DNA of 64,000 bases from Octopus sinensis (lineage: Eukaryota), in NCBI RefSeq assembly GCF_006345805.1, contig NC_043016.1, positions 7,936,001 to 8,000,000 of the forward strand, read 5' to 3'. This document shows positions 1 through 12,405 of the stretch, in pieces (position 1 is the stretch's first letter; each line of letters begins with the position of its first letter). The position numbers and the translations under genes are program-made. Under the pieces are notes generated by a model. It had not been told where the DNA came from. It saw only the letters and a list, made by a program, of their open reading frames with translations, and searched no databases.

Positions 1-21
1 CTAAGGATACCGATGTCAGAG

Positions 22-75
<54 letters not shown>

Positions 76-240
76 ATATATGTTTCAGCAACAATTTAGA
101 TTCAAATGAATATGGTACTTAATTTAGATGCACCAGAATTTTGTATGGTGTTATCCATAAATTTGCGGGGTGATTATAATCAAAATAAGCAACAAGAATT
201 TGTACCAAATTACCGGAGTCATTCTTGTTGCTTATTTTTG

Positions 241-316
<76 letters not shown>

Positions 317-367
317 GTACATATATATATGTACATATATATATGTATGTATTATGTATGTATGTAT

Positions 368-724
368 TCTTTTATTTGTTTCAGTCATTTGACTGCGGCC
401 ATGCTGGAGTACCACCTTTACTCGAGCAAATCAACCCCAGGACTTGTTCTCTGTAAGCCTAGTACATATTTTCGGTCTCTTTTGCCGAACAGCTAAGCTA
501 CGGGGACGTAAACACGCCAGCATCGGTTGTCAAGCGATGTTTGTTCCCTCAACATCGCTTGACAACCGATGCTGGCGTGTTTACATATACATAATATATA
601 CGACGGGCTTCTTTCAGTTTCCGTCTACCAAATCCACTTACAAGGCTTTGGTTGGCCCGAGGCTATAGTAGAAGATACTTGCCCAAGGCGCCACGCAGTG
701 GGACTGAACCCGGAACCATGTGGT
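368..724 (-). mobile_element. tRNA-derived SINE, family A (5'-truncated, internal rearrangement)
   Basis: Reverse complement of the ~400-bp repeat seen complete at 4523-4930, with many copies in this window. Confidence 0.85.
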
Positions 725-1004
725 TTGTACTCCATTTTCTTTTCTTCTTTTAACTGGATATAAACTATATGCTTTATAGATACTTATTGTTTTACAACGA
801 CCCTCACCTCCCCTCCCACCCTAGTAGAGGTAAAATCCTTAACAACTCTAATGTGTCTGAATGACGGTAGGTTAAAAGCAAGAACAACTATTTTGACACC
901 TGTTACCAGATATTCACGGGATCCTTCTTTTCAGGTGCTGAATAGCATCTCTCCTTCCTGTGTTACCTCACATATCTCTTTCGCATTGTTCAGAGTTGGC
1001 ACTC

Positions 1005-3170
1005 TAAATACCTTGGTAGAGAATGCAATTAAGAGTATGAAGACAGGGAAAGCCCATCAGAAATCACTGCAGAGTTGCTCAAAATATCTGGCAGTATCGG
1101 CTATAGTCTAGTCACCCGTATAGTTAACCAGGTGATACACGAAGGAGTCATACTCAATGACTGGTGTAGCAGCACTATAGTCAACTGCTACAAACGAAAA
1201 AGTGACGTTTTAGATACAAAAATTACAGAGGTATCAAGTTGTTAGATCAGGTAATGAAGGTCACGGAGAGGGTCATAGCCCAACTGATTAGGGAGAGAGT
1301 CAGTTTAGATGAGATGCAGTTTGGGTTCGTGCCAGGGAAACGCACCACTGATGCAATATTTCTGATAAGACAGCTGCAGGAGAAATACCCTGGCCAAAGA
1401 TAAATCTCTGTACCTGGCTTTTTTTGACATGGAGATAGACTTTGACAGGGTGCCCCGATCCATTATCTGGTGGTCAATGAGGAAACTAGGAATAGATGAA
1501 TGGTTAGTGAGAGCTGTGCAAGCCATATACAGGGACGCTGTCAGTAATGTGAGGGTTGGCAACGAGTACAGTGAAGAATTCCAGGTGGAGGTAGGGGTCC
1601 ACCAAGGTTCAGTCCTTAACCCCCTCCTTTTTATCATAGTCCTCCAGGCAATAACAAAGGAATTCAAGACAGGATGCCTCTGGGAGCTCCTCTATGCTGA
1701 TGACCTTGCCCTATGCTGAGTTACTGTACTATAGGAATTAAGGAGAGTTTCAGGTGTGGAAACAAGGATTAGAATCGAAGGGCCTTAGAGTCAACCTAGC
1801 TAAAACCAAAGTCCTAATAAGTAGAAGGCAGGCAAACCACAAATCCTTCAGGTAGATGACCCTGCTCAATCTGTAGAAAAGGTTGTAGGTAGAAACTCTA
1901 TAAGATGTACCCAGTGGTAAGCTATGGACACATAAGAGGGCAGCAATGTCAAAGGAAGGCTAACTGGGAAGATAGTTTTTGTATGTGGCAGATGCTCAGG
2001 AGCAATAAACACTGAAAATGTGCAGAGAACAACTTCCGCCACATTCCAGGGAGAAAAACTAGAAAGTGTAGCTGCTAGAATAAGAATAGCTTGGGCAAAG
2101 TTCAGAGAGCTCTTACCTCTGCTGGTGACAAAGAGCCTCTCGCTCAGAGTAAAAGGTAGACTGTATGACGCATGTGTACGAACAGCCATGCTACATGGCA
2201 GTGAAACATGGGCCGTGAATGCTGAAGACATGTGTAAGCTCACAAGGAATGAAGCCAGTATGATCCGATGGATATGTAATGTCAGTGTGCACACTCGACA
2301 GAGTGTAAGTACATTGAGAGAAAAGTTGGACCTAAGAAGCGTTAGATGTGGTGTGCAAGAGAGACGACTACACTCGTATGGTAATGTGGCGAGAATTGAT
2401 GAGAATAGCTGTGTGGAAAAGTGCCACATCCTAGCAGTTGAGGGAACCTGTGGAAGAAGTAGACCAAGGAAGACCTGAGATGAAGTGGTGAAGCACAACC
2501 TTCGAACATTAGGCCTCACCGAAACAGTGACTAGTGACCGACATTTTTGGAAATATGCTGTGCTTGAGAAGACCCAGCAAGCCACATGAGACAATAACCT
2601 CGTGGCCTATGCCAGGGGTGTAACCAGGCCACTTATGCGTACATTTCCTTCATTGGACACTAAACTCTGCTTATGAAGACCTATTGAGGCAAGTGAAATC
2701 GAAATCGAAATCAAATTCGATGACTGGAATCCGTGTTAGCGGGTTGCAAAGAGCACTAAACGAGTGTGATCGTTGACAGAGCGGCTAACCGGCTTCCGTG
2801 CTGGTGGCACATAAAAAGCACCATTCGAGTGTGACTGTTACCAGCGCTGCCCTATTGCTGGTAGCACGAGAAAAAACATTCGAGCGAGGCCATTACCAGT
2901 GCCGCTACACTGGCTCCTGTGCAGGTGGCACGTAAAAAAACACCATTTGAGCGTGGTCGTGGCCAGTATCGCCTGACTGGCCCTCGTACCGGTGGCACGT
3001 AAAAGCACCCACTACACTCTCGGAGTAGTTGGCATTAGGAAGGGCATCCAGCTGTAGAGACTCTGCCAGAATCAGATTGGAGCATGGCGCAGCCATCTGG
3101 TTCGCCAGCCACAGTCAAATCGTCCAACCCATGCTAGCATGGAAAGCGGACGTTAAACGATGATGATGAT
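1005..3170 (+). mobile_element. RTE-clade non-LTR retrotransposon, degraded RT region plus 3' UTR ending in (GAT)n
   Basis: Frameshifted fragments encode FDRVPR, GVHQGSVLNPLLF, LLYADDL, ARIRIAWAKFRELLPLL, MLHGSETW and GRSRPRKT. The 3' end ACGTTAAACGATGATGATGAT recurs inverted at ~8410-8552 and ~40200-40420. Confidence 0.85.
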
Positions 3171-3199
3171 ATATACTTTATTTAATGGCAGCAGAAAAA

Positions 3200-3651
3200 A
3201 TATATATAAATATATGTTATTCTCCGTGTCCTGTCTTTTACTGTTTATATTTTTGTACTGTCGTTACTGTCCTGTTTTTGTAACCATTTTTACCTCTCTG
3301 CAAAAAAATCTCAAATTTTATTTAATTGATTTTCGCGGGAAGGAAAGTTTCATTAAAGTCATGTATCGCCTGACCGAAACGTGGAGTAGATGAAACTAAG
3401 GCGACTGAAGAAGAGGAATGTTCCTTGTTTTGTATGTCCTGTACTCTATTTTTTCGTCGTTTAAAAGAAATATCCATTTCCTTGGTTTTGTGTTTGTTTT
3501 CGTTTCTCATTGTGTTCGACGTTTTTATTTTGGTGTCCTGTACCCATATATGCATGTATATATACCTGTAGAGGTAGGTGCGTACATATATGTATGTATA
3601 TATGCATATGTTTTATTTATTTATTAATTTATTATTATTATTATTATTTTA

Positions 3652-3690
<39 letters not shown>
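3200..3690 (+). repeat. Dispersed repeat, probably Penelope pLTR-derived, carrying a permuted hammerhead-like motif
   Basis: Homologous to the inverted copies at 15725-16250 and 42253-42750 (shared GTCCTGTACTCT, GTTTTCGTTTCTC, GGTGTCCTGTAC blocks). Confidence 0.55.
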
Positions 3691-3694
<4 letters not shown>

Positions 3695-4310
3695 AATTAG
3701 ATAAACTTAGATATGTTTCGACCAAAGATTGGTCCAGGCCATGTCTAACTTAATAGCACCACCTGATAGGATTATGCAATCCTGTTTAAGGCAAGGTTTT
3801 GTTCAAGTAGTGAGTTCTTGTTGGGTGAGTTGTATCCAATTATGGGTGGCTTATCTGGTATCTTTGAAGGAATCTATCCAGACTCCGTTTAAAGTTGATG
3901 GGATCCTTTTCCTCTTTGATCTCCTTCGGGACAATGTTAAATAGGGCAGGGCCTGTTGAGGAAAAGAAATTATGTTGCAGTGTACATGTATGTTGTGATC
4001 TTGAACTGGGCAGGGGTCGTATGGCCCGTGGTCCCAGTCTTGGATGAACCTTGAAGCTAATGATAAGGTCGTTTAGGCAAAGTTGGCGGTATATTCTCCA
4101 CATCGTACAAATGATGTACCGCTCACGGCGACGCTGGAGGGAGTAAAGTTTCAAGGCTTTAAGGCGATCCCAATAATCGAGAGCGGACATGCCTTCAATT
4201 CGTTTAGCGAGTGCCCTCTGGGGTGAATCAATCCTGGAGATGTTTTGTCTTGTATGGGGAGACCACAGTGGGCAGCAGTATTCAAGGTGTGGCCGTACAA
4301 GGGAGGAAAA
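3695..4310 (-). mobile_element. CR1/Jockey-group LINE, 3' fragment of ORF2 and 3' UTR
   Basis: Minus strand encodes SLVRPHLEYCCPLWSP...YWDRLKALKLYSLQRRRERY...GPALFNIVPKEIK. The same 3' end recurs at 62700-62965. Confidence 0.85.
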
Positions 4311-4324
4311 TATATATATATTAA

Positions 4325-4479
4325 GGGTGCTGGAATGCCAACATCTAGAAGCTAGAAGTAGATGTCAAATATCTATAATCCACTCTAAATTTGTTCTCTA
4401 CTTACAACCCAAGGCTTCATGTGGATTATAGACATTTGACATCTACTTCTAGTGTATAGGTGTTGGCATTCAAGCACCC
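4325..4479. mobile_element. Palindromic MITE, PIF/Harbinger (Tourist)-like
   Basis: ~60-bp inverted arms GGGTGCTGGAATGCCAAC.../...GTTGGCATTCAAGCACCC flanked by TAA on both sides. Confidence 0.6.
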
Positions 4480-4522
4480 TTAATTATAATTATATTCTTA
4501 TAATTTTATACTTCAATATATA

Positions 4523-4930
4523 GGCGCAGGAGTGGCTGTGTGGTAAGTAGCTTGTTTACCAACAACATGGTTCCGGGTTCAATCCCACTGCGTGGCACCT
4601 TGGGCAAGTGTCTTCTACTATAGCCTCGGGCCGACCAAAGCCTTGTGAGTGGATTTGGTAGACGGAAACTGAGAGAAGCCCGTCTATATATGTATATATA
4701 CATATATGCGTGTGTGTATTTGTGTGTCTGTGTTTGTCCCCCTGGCATTGCTTGACAACCGATGCTGGTGTGTTTATGTCCCCGTTACTTAGCGGTTCGG
4801 CAAAAGAGACCGATAGAATAAGTACTGGGCTTACAAAAGAATAAGTCCCGGGGTCGAGTTGCTCGACTAAAGGCGGTGCTCCAGCATGGCCGCAGTCAAA
4901 TGACTGAAACAAGTAAAAGAGAGAGTAAAG
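4523..4930 (+). mobile_element. tRNA-derived SINE, family A, full length
   Basis: A-box-like TGGCTGTGTGG, B-box-like GGTTCAATCCC, internal (TA)/(TG) tract, (GTAAAAGA)-type tail. Confidence 0.9.
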
Positions 4931-4934
4931 AGAT

Positions 4935-5100
4935 ATACGATGGAATTGTTTCAGTTTCCGTCTTCCAAATTCACTGACAAGGCTTTGTTTGGCCTGAGGC
5001 TATAGTAGAAGACACTTTCCGAAGGTGCTACACAGTGGAACTGGCCCCGGAATCATATGGTTGGGAAGCAAACCTCTTACCACACAGCCACACTGGCGCC
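4935..5100 (-). mobile_element. SINE family A 5' half, older and inverted relative to the adjacent copy
   Basis: Diverged reverse complement of 4523-4690. Confidence 0.75.
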
Positions 5101-5180
5101 TATATGGTGGGTGTTTTTTTTTTATGTGCTAACCACTGATGTAACCATTTTTATGAGTATATCCTCAATTTATAAGTATA

Positions 5181-5357
5181 CTAGCAGTATCGCCCGGCGT
5201 GCTCGGGTTTGTAAGGGAATAACTATATAAGCATTTTTAGAGAGTTACTTCCCTTATAGATGCCAATTCGGGCTTTCTTAGCCATTTCTGTTTTGGTGTC
5301 TTCAAGCCTGAAGTCGTTGTTCTAAAGAACGCTGGTCTCCTTGACAACGCTTTACGA
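5181..5357 (-). mobile_element. Non-autonomous Helitron 3' end, cut by the assembly gap
   Basis: Minus strand ends CCCGAGCACGCCGGGCGATACTGCTAG followed by T; matches the 3' ends at 44568 and 57439. Confidence 0.8.
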
Positions 5358-5457
5358 NNNNNNNNNNNNNNNNNNNNNNNNNNNNNNNNNNNNNNNNNNN
5401 NNNNNNNNNNNNNNNNNNNNNNNNNNNNNNNNNNNNNNNNNNNNNNNNNNNNNNNNN
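5358..5457. other. Assembly gap (100 N)
   Basis: Run of exactly 100 N. Confidence 1.
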
Positions 5458-5625
5458 TTACGTTCTGAGTTCAAATTCCACCGAGGTTGACTTTGCCTTT
5501 CATCCTTTCGGGGTTTATAAATTAAGTACCAGTTACGCACTGGGGTCGATGTAATTGATTTAATCCCTTATCTGTCCTTGTTTGTACCCTCTATGTTTAG
5601 CCCCTTGTGGGCAATAAAGAAATAA
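5458..5625 (+). mobile_element. SINE family B, 3' part
   Basis: Matches the 47407-47636 copy from TTACGTTCTGAGTTCAAATTCC onward. Confidence 0.8.
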
Positions 5626-6311
5626 GAAACAAAACCACATACATACATATATATATATATATACATTGGGCTTCTTTCAGTTTCCGGTTAACAGAACATT
5701 TGCCCAATGTTCCATGCAGCGGGAATGAACCCAGAACCATATGGTTGGGAAGCAAACTTCTACGCCTGTATATATATATATATGTATACTCATTCATACA
5801 TACACCCACACCCACACATGTGTGTGTATGCATATGTGTGTATGTGTGTATGCATGTGTGTGTCTGTATGTATTAGGTATGTATATGGTTGTGTGTCTGT
5901 GTGCATGTTTATACTTATGTCAGTAAATTCATATTTTTCCCTTTGTTGTCAACACAAGCAGTATTATATACTCACAATCAACGATGAAAGTATATACAGG
6001 CTTCTTGACATGTCTTGACATGTTAAGTGATATTTTTTAAATGAAAAAAAAAAATAAAATAATAGAAAATATCTCACTCAAACAGTGTCATTTTATTTCT
6101 AGTTTACTGAGTAATGATGTCAAGATTGTTCATTGTTCATTGTTCAGGTACCATTACTTGAAAACAGGTGAAGGTTGAGGACAAGAGAGGGATCCTGGCT
6201 TTAGAAAAAATCTGCCTCCGTGAAGTCTGGCTAACCCATGCAAGCATGGAAAAATGAATAGCAAACTAATGATAAGGAGGAATAGGGGAAGGTGGAGGAT
6301 AATCTGCCGCT

Positions 6312-6560
6312 TCCATGATGATGATGAAGATCATGATAGCGATGACAATAGCGAATATGCTGATGATGATAACGATGATGATGATAATTATGATGATGAT
6401 GATGATGATGACGACGATGACGATGACTGCGATGATGATGATGATGATGATCATCATCATCATCATAGCCACCGCCACCACCGCCACCACCACCACCACC
6501 AGCAGCAGCAGCAGCATATTCACTATTGTCATCGCTATCATGACTTTCATCATCATCACG
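6312..6560. repeat. Compound trinucleotide microsatellite (GAT)n-(CAT)n-(CAC)n-(CAG)n
   Basis: Directly visible; it produces the poly-D/H/Q and poly-M/I/T ORFs. Confidence 0.9.
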
Positions 6561-7507
6561 GGAGTGGCAGAGTGTTCAAATTTAAACTCAGGCTTAAAAT
6601 TATGAGTTTCAATTCCACTGAGGTCGACTTTACCTTTTTTTTCTTTTGGGTGTGTGGATGGAGGCTGATAAAATAAGTCCCATTTGAGCATCGAGCTCAC
6701 TGTAATCAACTACCTTTCTTCCTTACAAATTTCATGCTTTGTGCCAACAACTTTTAAACCTTCCTAAATATTCTTGTAAATATTAAAATATTTAATTAAC
6801 AAGTTTTCCACTGTAACATGCTTAAGTGATAACCAGCACCCTCTCAGTATAAACAGGTGAAAAACGATAAATAACACCAGCCTGCCAACTAACTAAGCCT
6901 CACCGCCTACCTACATTCTTTTGTAAACCCTTAAATGCCAATTCCCAAAAAGCTGACAGACTCAGTAAACACACCTACTTACAGAGGTTAAAACACTGGA
7001 CTGAACTCTGAACACAAATGGTAAATATCCTATAAAAATCTAAATAAAACAAGTAGCAACCAAACCAAGTGACAGATTTATTGACCAAACAACCTAACTA
7101 CATTGTTTTGTGAATTCTTATGACCTGAAGCTGACATACCTAAACATACACACCTAGCTACAAAGTTCTACATTGCATGAATAAATTCTAACAATTACCA
7201 CTTCTGAAAATTTAATCATTAAAAATTCTCCATATATTGTCACCACAACCTGCCATACAGTCCAACAGAACTCAGGTGACCAAAGAAAATTTTAATTTAA
7301 CAGAGACTATATAAAGCCAAGATGAATTTAAATTGCATTACAGTCTGATGATGGCTTAGCTGACCAACACTTTGAAGTCACTGTCAAAACTATTTTTGTC
7401 AAAGAATAATAGATATATTATATATCATATATTTATATGCAAACACACATGCACACACACACATACACACACGCATATACATATACATATATATATATAT
7501 ATATATA

Positions 7508-7735
7508 TCTTTACTACCCACAAGAGGCTAAACATAGAGGGGACAAACAAGGACAGACAAACGGATTAAGTCGATTACATCGACTCCAGTGCGTAACTGG
7601 TACTTAATTTATCAACCCCGAAAGGATGAAAGGCAAAGTCGACCTCGCCAGAATTTGAACTCGGAACGTAACAACAGACGAAATACGGCTATGCATTTCG
7701 CCTGGCATGCTAACATTTCTGCCAGCTTGCTGCCA
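7508..7735 (-). mobile_element. SINE family B
   Basis: Reverse complement of 47407-47636. Confidence 0.85.
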
Positions 7736-8409
7736 ACATATATATATATCCATCCATATATATATATCCATACAAATACACACATGCATATTCAACTTAT
7801 ATATATACATGCATATACACACATGCATGCATACATTCATTTACATATATCTTCAGTTTTAATGTAATGCTCAAATGATAGTTGAGGAGGCTACCACTCA
7901 ATGGAGTACTCAATACATTATACATGAGAAGTGTGCATTTATTTTTAAGTAAGTAACAAACTAACACTTTTATAGTTTTATTTTTTCAAAGATAGGAATG
8001 AATATATTTTAGAAACCAACTGCCTTTAGTGTGTAGATAAAAAAAAACAATCATAGCATCATACAAAAAAAAAACCCAAACAGCGAAGGGTTTTTTTTTT
8101 TTTGAATAAGGAAACAATTACCTTTTTTTGAAGTCAGGTAAATAGTTAATCAAAACAAACTTTTCTAGAATGAAGTTAGTTTAATTGACAGCTTGATAGA
8201 ACAATCCAAGTTCAGATAATATATTGAAAATAATGGAAAAAAATTGAATATCAAAGAAATTTAGAGATTATAATGAAAAATGATTAGACAGGACAATTAA
8301 AAGAAGGCTTTAAAACAAGAATATGTACTGGGGTCGATTCATTCAACTAAAATTCTCCAAGACAGTGCCCCAACATGACCACAGTCAAATGACTGAAAAA
8401 AAATAACAC

Positions 8410-8552
8410 CATCATCATCATCATCATCGTTTAACGTTCGCTTTCCATGCTACCACGGGTTGAACGATTTTGACTGAGGGCTGGCAAACCAGATGGCTGC
8501 ACCAAGCCCCAATCTTGATCTGGCAGAGTGGGTGCTTTTTACGTGCCACCGG
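8410..8552 (-). mobile_element. RTE 3' end fragment with (GAT)n tail
   Basis: Reverse complement of ~2990-3170. Confidence 0.7.
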
Positions 8553-9914
8553 CATAAAAGATAAAGAATGAATATTTAAAGATGGGTTATACACTGTCCG
8601 AGACTGTGTTCTAATTATCTTAGGGAACTGAAGAAGATAATTACTCTGATGAAACACCATATCAGAGCAAGAGTACAATGTTTATGAAACTGGCTTTGTT
8701 TTTGGGGAAGCTCAGTTGCCATTGTACGCATTTTTAATGTTGTCAGATCGGCTTCAAGTTTTAAAGCTTCCAAAATACTATGCTGGTGATATGAAATTAA
8801 TGCCTTCAGCTGTATCACTCCAAAAATGCAAGGTAATGGCCAAGTTAAGTTCAGTTTACATTTGATTTAACAATCAAATAAGAAGATATAGACGATGGCA
8901 AGCAAAACCAGGTCTGCAAACGTTCCTGCCCTTCTGTAGAAATGTACAGTGCTTGACATAATCTTATCATCAAATTGTTTCTCCATTCAGTCTGGGCACC
9001 AAGCCACACAATAGAAGATGCAAATGATCTTTCTGATCAATTGAAAGTGGAATATATCCTTAAGAATGCAGTATCTTTGTGCCAGCCAATAGCTCAATGT
9101 ATGGAAGATGACTTCAAGGTATATGCTCTGAGGAGAACTTCAAAGCAACTCATAAAGCAACTGACAGGGAGGATAAAACTACAGTCAGATACAACTTGAA
9201 ATATTTTTCCAATCAGAAACTTCACTGAGATACAGGAAGAAATAAAAACCTTCAGGTATGAATATTGTTGAAAAAATATATGATCAAACTCTACCTGTGA
9301 CTACAGATTTTTTCTAATTGCAGAAAGTTTACTTCAAATTGAATAAGAAGACACTGTGACACTAGCAAATCAAACAGTTAATTAATTAATTAATTGATTA
9401 ATTTGTTAACAAATTGTCAGATAGAAGCAGAGAAGTGAAATAAAACCAGTGTTTGTGCTCATTACTGGCATAATGCACCCCCCCCCCCCCCACACTTGAG
9501 ATGCAACAGAATTTGTTGCTTTATTTTGTTTTAAAATTCTGTCAGGACAAATCTCATTTTATAACTTGGAAATTAATGGCAAAATAGTTTTGCATTGCGT
9601 AATACCTTATTGCAGCAAGATTTTCAGAAAATAGGACAGCAGGACTCAGTAGCATCAATGGCTGTCCAACAGCTAGGAATGAAAGAATCCTATGCTTTGT
9701 TTAGACATTCCTCTTGGAGATGGAAATTCTGAAATAACAGCCACCTGGAGATCTTGTTCTTGCCTGTTGCTGGGCTAATTGGTTGCTTTGGAGGTGAGTG
9801 TCTTACAGGTGTTGTTTAAGCTGTTATTGACCTTAAATTTCAGCACAGGAATTGCTGAAAGCCATTGTCGTTAACATCTAGGATAAGATAATTTGTCAGT
9901 GATGGCCATACTTG

Positions 9915-10785
9915 TCTATGTGTATGACCACCATGTATGCACGTATGCATGTATGTATATATGCATGTATGTATGTGAGTATGTATGTACATATGCACGT
10001 ATGTATGTATGTATGTATGTTTGTATGTATGTATGTGTGTGTGTGTGTGTGTATGTATGCATGTATGTATGTTTTTATGTATTATGTATGTATGTATGTA
10101 TGCACGTATGTATGTATGCATGCATGTATGTATGTATTTATGTATGTATGTATGCATGTGTGTATGTATATGTGTATGTGTGTATGTATGTGTGTATGTA
10201 TGTGTGTATGTATGTATATATGTATGTATTTATGTATGTATGTATGCATGTGTGTATGTATGTGTGTATGTATGTGTGTATGTATGTATGTATGTATGTA
10301 TGCATGTAAGTATGTGTGTATGTATGCATATATGCATGTATGCATGAATGTATGTATGTGTGTATGTATGTATATATGTATGCATGCATGCATGTATGTA
10401 TGTATCTATGTATCTATGTATGTATGTATGTATGTATGTATGCATGTATGTATGTGTGTGTATGTATGTATGTGTGTGTGTATGTATGTATGTATGTATG
10501 CATGCATGCATGCATGCATGTATGTATGCATGCATGTATGTAATGTATGTATGTAAGTATGCATGCATGCATGTATGTATGTATGTATGTATGGTATGTA
10601 TGTATGTATGTATGTATGTATGTATGTATGCATGCATGCATGTATGTATGTATGTATGCATGCATGCATGTATGTATGCATGCATGTATGCATGCATCTA
10701 TGTATGTATGTATGTATGTATGTATGTATGTATGTATGTATGTATGTATGTATGCATGTACGTATGTATGTATGCATGTATGCAT
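9915..10785. repeat. (TATG)n / (TGCA)n compound microsatellite array
   Basis: Directly visible. Confidence 0.95.
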
Positions 10786-11189
10786 GTCTCTCTTATTTTT
10801 TTGATTATTATAAATCTTCCACGAGGTGATACAAGGCTCCATCTTTGGAATGTAGTTAACACAGACAAATTCACATATGGAACTTGAGAAAAGTCTGTCT
10901 CTATGTACGTATGTATGCATACAGATGTATCGTATGAAAGAGTTTGGATAATTACATCGATCCCAGTTTTTGTCAAACAGCTAAGTTATTAAAGCGTTGT
11001 AAGAACAGACACTGATATGCATGATTTTGTTAAATCATGTAGCAAATACACGAGTTTGTATGTCTCCGTGTGTCTCTGTGTGCGCAAAATGTGTGACTTG
11101 CCGCTTGTGTAATTGTTGTTATATAAATAAAGTTTATTACAACCCCCATATGTCATATTCCTCACAACTTCCGGAGCAATACATATTTC

Positions 11190-12405
11190 GGATCTTTTCG
11201 GTTTGACCGGCAGTTTTTAAAAATAATTTCCACGTAACTAAACACTTTTAAACTTCGTATACTGGTAGAATGTGTTTATAAAACATCTTTTGGATCTTTT
11301 CAATTCTGAAGCCAGGACCACAGATCTTTCTACTTAACTAAATAATCTGAAACTTCGTATGCTGATACAGGTTGGAACTAGTTTATTTGAGAAAAATCTA
11401 TTTTATGACTTTAATCGTAGATTAAAACTGCGAATTTTAACCAATCAGATTGTTTGTTTTCATGTGTAAAACTTGACTGCATTCTATTAGTGTGACGTAG
11501 AAAGCGCTTTTGTGACGTACTAACGTTCGTTTGAAAACTGTAAACAAACACAGAACGTAACGGCAGACGAAATACGGCTACGCATTTCGCCCGGCGTGCT
11601 AACGTTTCTGCCAGCTCTTTGCTTTTTTAATATTAAACTTCTTGCCTTTTGCACAAATAAATACAATAAGTGAAATGAAACGCATTAGCTTAGAAACGAA
11701 ATCTTGTTAGAAGCCTCGTCACTGAGATGCCACTTCTTAATAGCAACGAAAGCAAGTACTAACAGAATGGAAACATTTTCAATTAATACATGTGGCTTAT
11801 TAACTAGTTTTAAATATTGTTATTAGAAGGTGGCTGACTATAGGATCCTGGAAACATGAGTACGTTAAATAATTAGAAGGAGATTTCACGGAGACATGCG
11901 GTCTGTTTACATTTAAGATGTTTAATACGTCACCAAATTGGTGGTCGAGACGGAGTAAATAAAATAAAGCCGAATGACGGAATATCATTGGTTAAAATTC
12001 TAATTATTAAACAACGTAAAACTTAAAAGTTACAATTCCGTTTTCATTCTGGTTTACAATTAAGTTTACTTTTGACACATTCTACCAGTATACGAAGTTT
12101 CAAATTGTTTGGTTCAGTAGGAAAAATTTGAAAAAACTGGCTTCAGAATTGAAAAGATCCCCAATCAATGACGTCCATTGAGGTAAAAAAAACATTCTGT
12201 GCCGTATGAATATGTCCCTCGTTTAAGAAACAGATTGGGTTTATTTACATTTGCGAAGAAAAAAAGATACCCTTCCCCACCCCTAACCCTAACCCTAACT
12301 CTAAAACAGATTGAAATGCAATAGATCGATACTAGGGTCATAATTATGGGTGACAATTTCATATGACACCGCTAGAAAAAACTGCCGGTCAAACCGAAAA
12401 GATCC
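11190..12405. mobile_element. MITE family M1 (Merlin-like, GGATCTTTTCGGTTTG TIR) with a nested related element
   Basis: TIRs at both ends, TSD CATATTTC/TATATTTC (7/8 match), internal (CCCTAA)n. Confidence 0.8.
11292..12160. mobile_element. Non-autonomous TIR element GGATCTTTTCAATTCTGAAGCCAG...CTGGCTTCAGAATTGAAAAGATCC nested in M1
   Basis: 24-bp perfect TIR sharing its first 10 nt with M1. Confidence 0.75.

Noticed and set aside
6254-6709. Poly-Asp/His/Gln ORF
   Set aside because: Compound trinucleotide microsatellite open in several frames, with no splice or domain evidence
7342-7390. CTGATGA as a hammerhead core
   Set aside because: No correctly placed GAAA box or helix III
9840-10976. 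Many long ORFs of MYVC/HTYI repeats (also ~20038-20894, 36987-37610, 54014-55118)
   Set aside because: Translations of stop-free (TATG)n microsatellites, not genes
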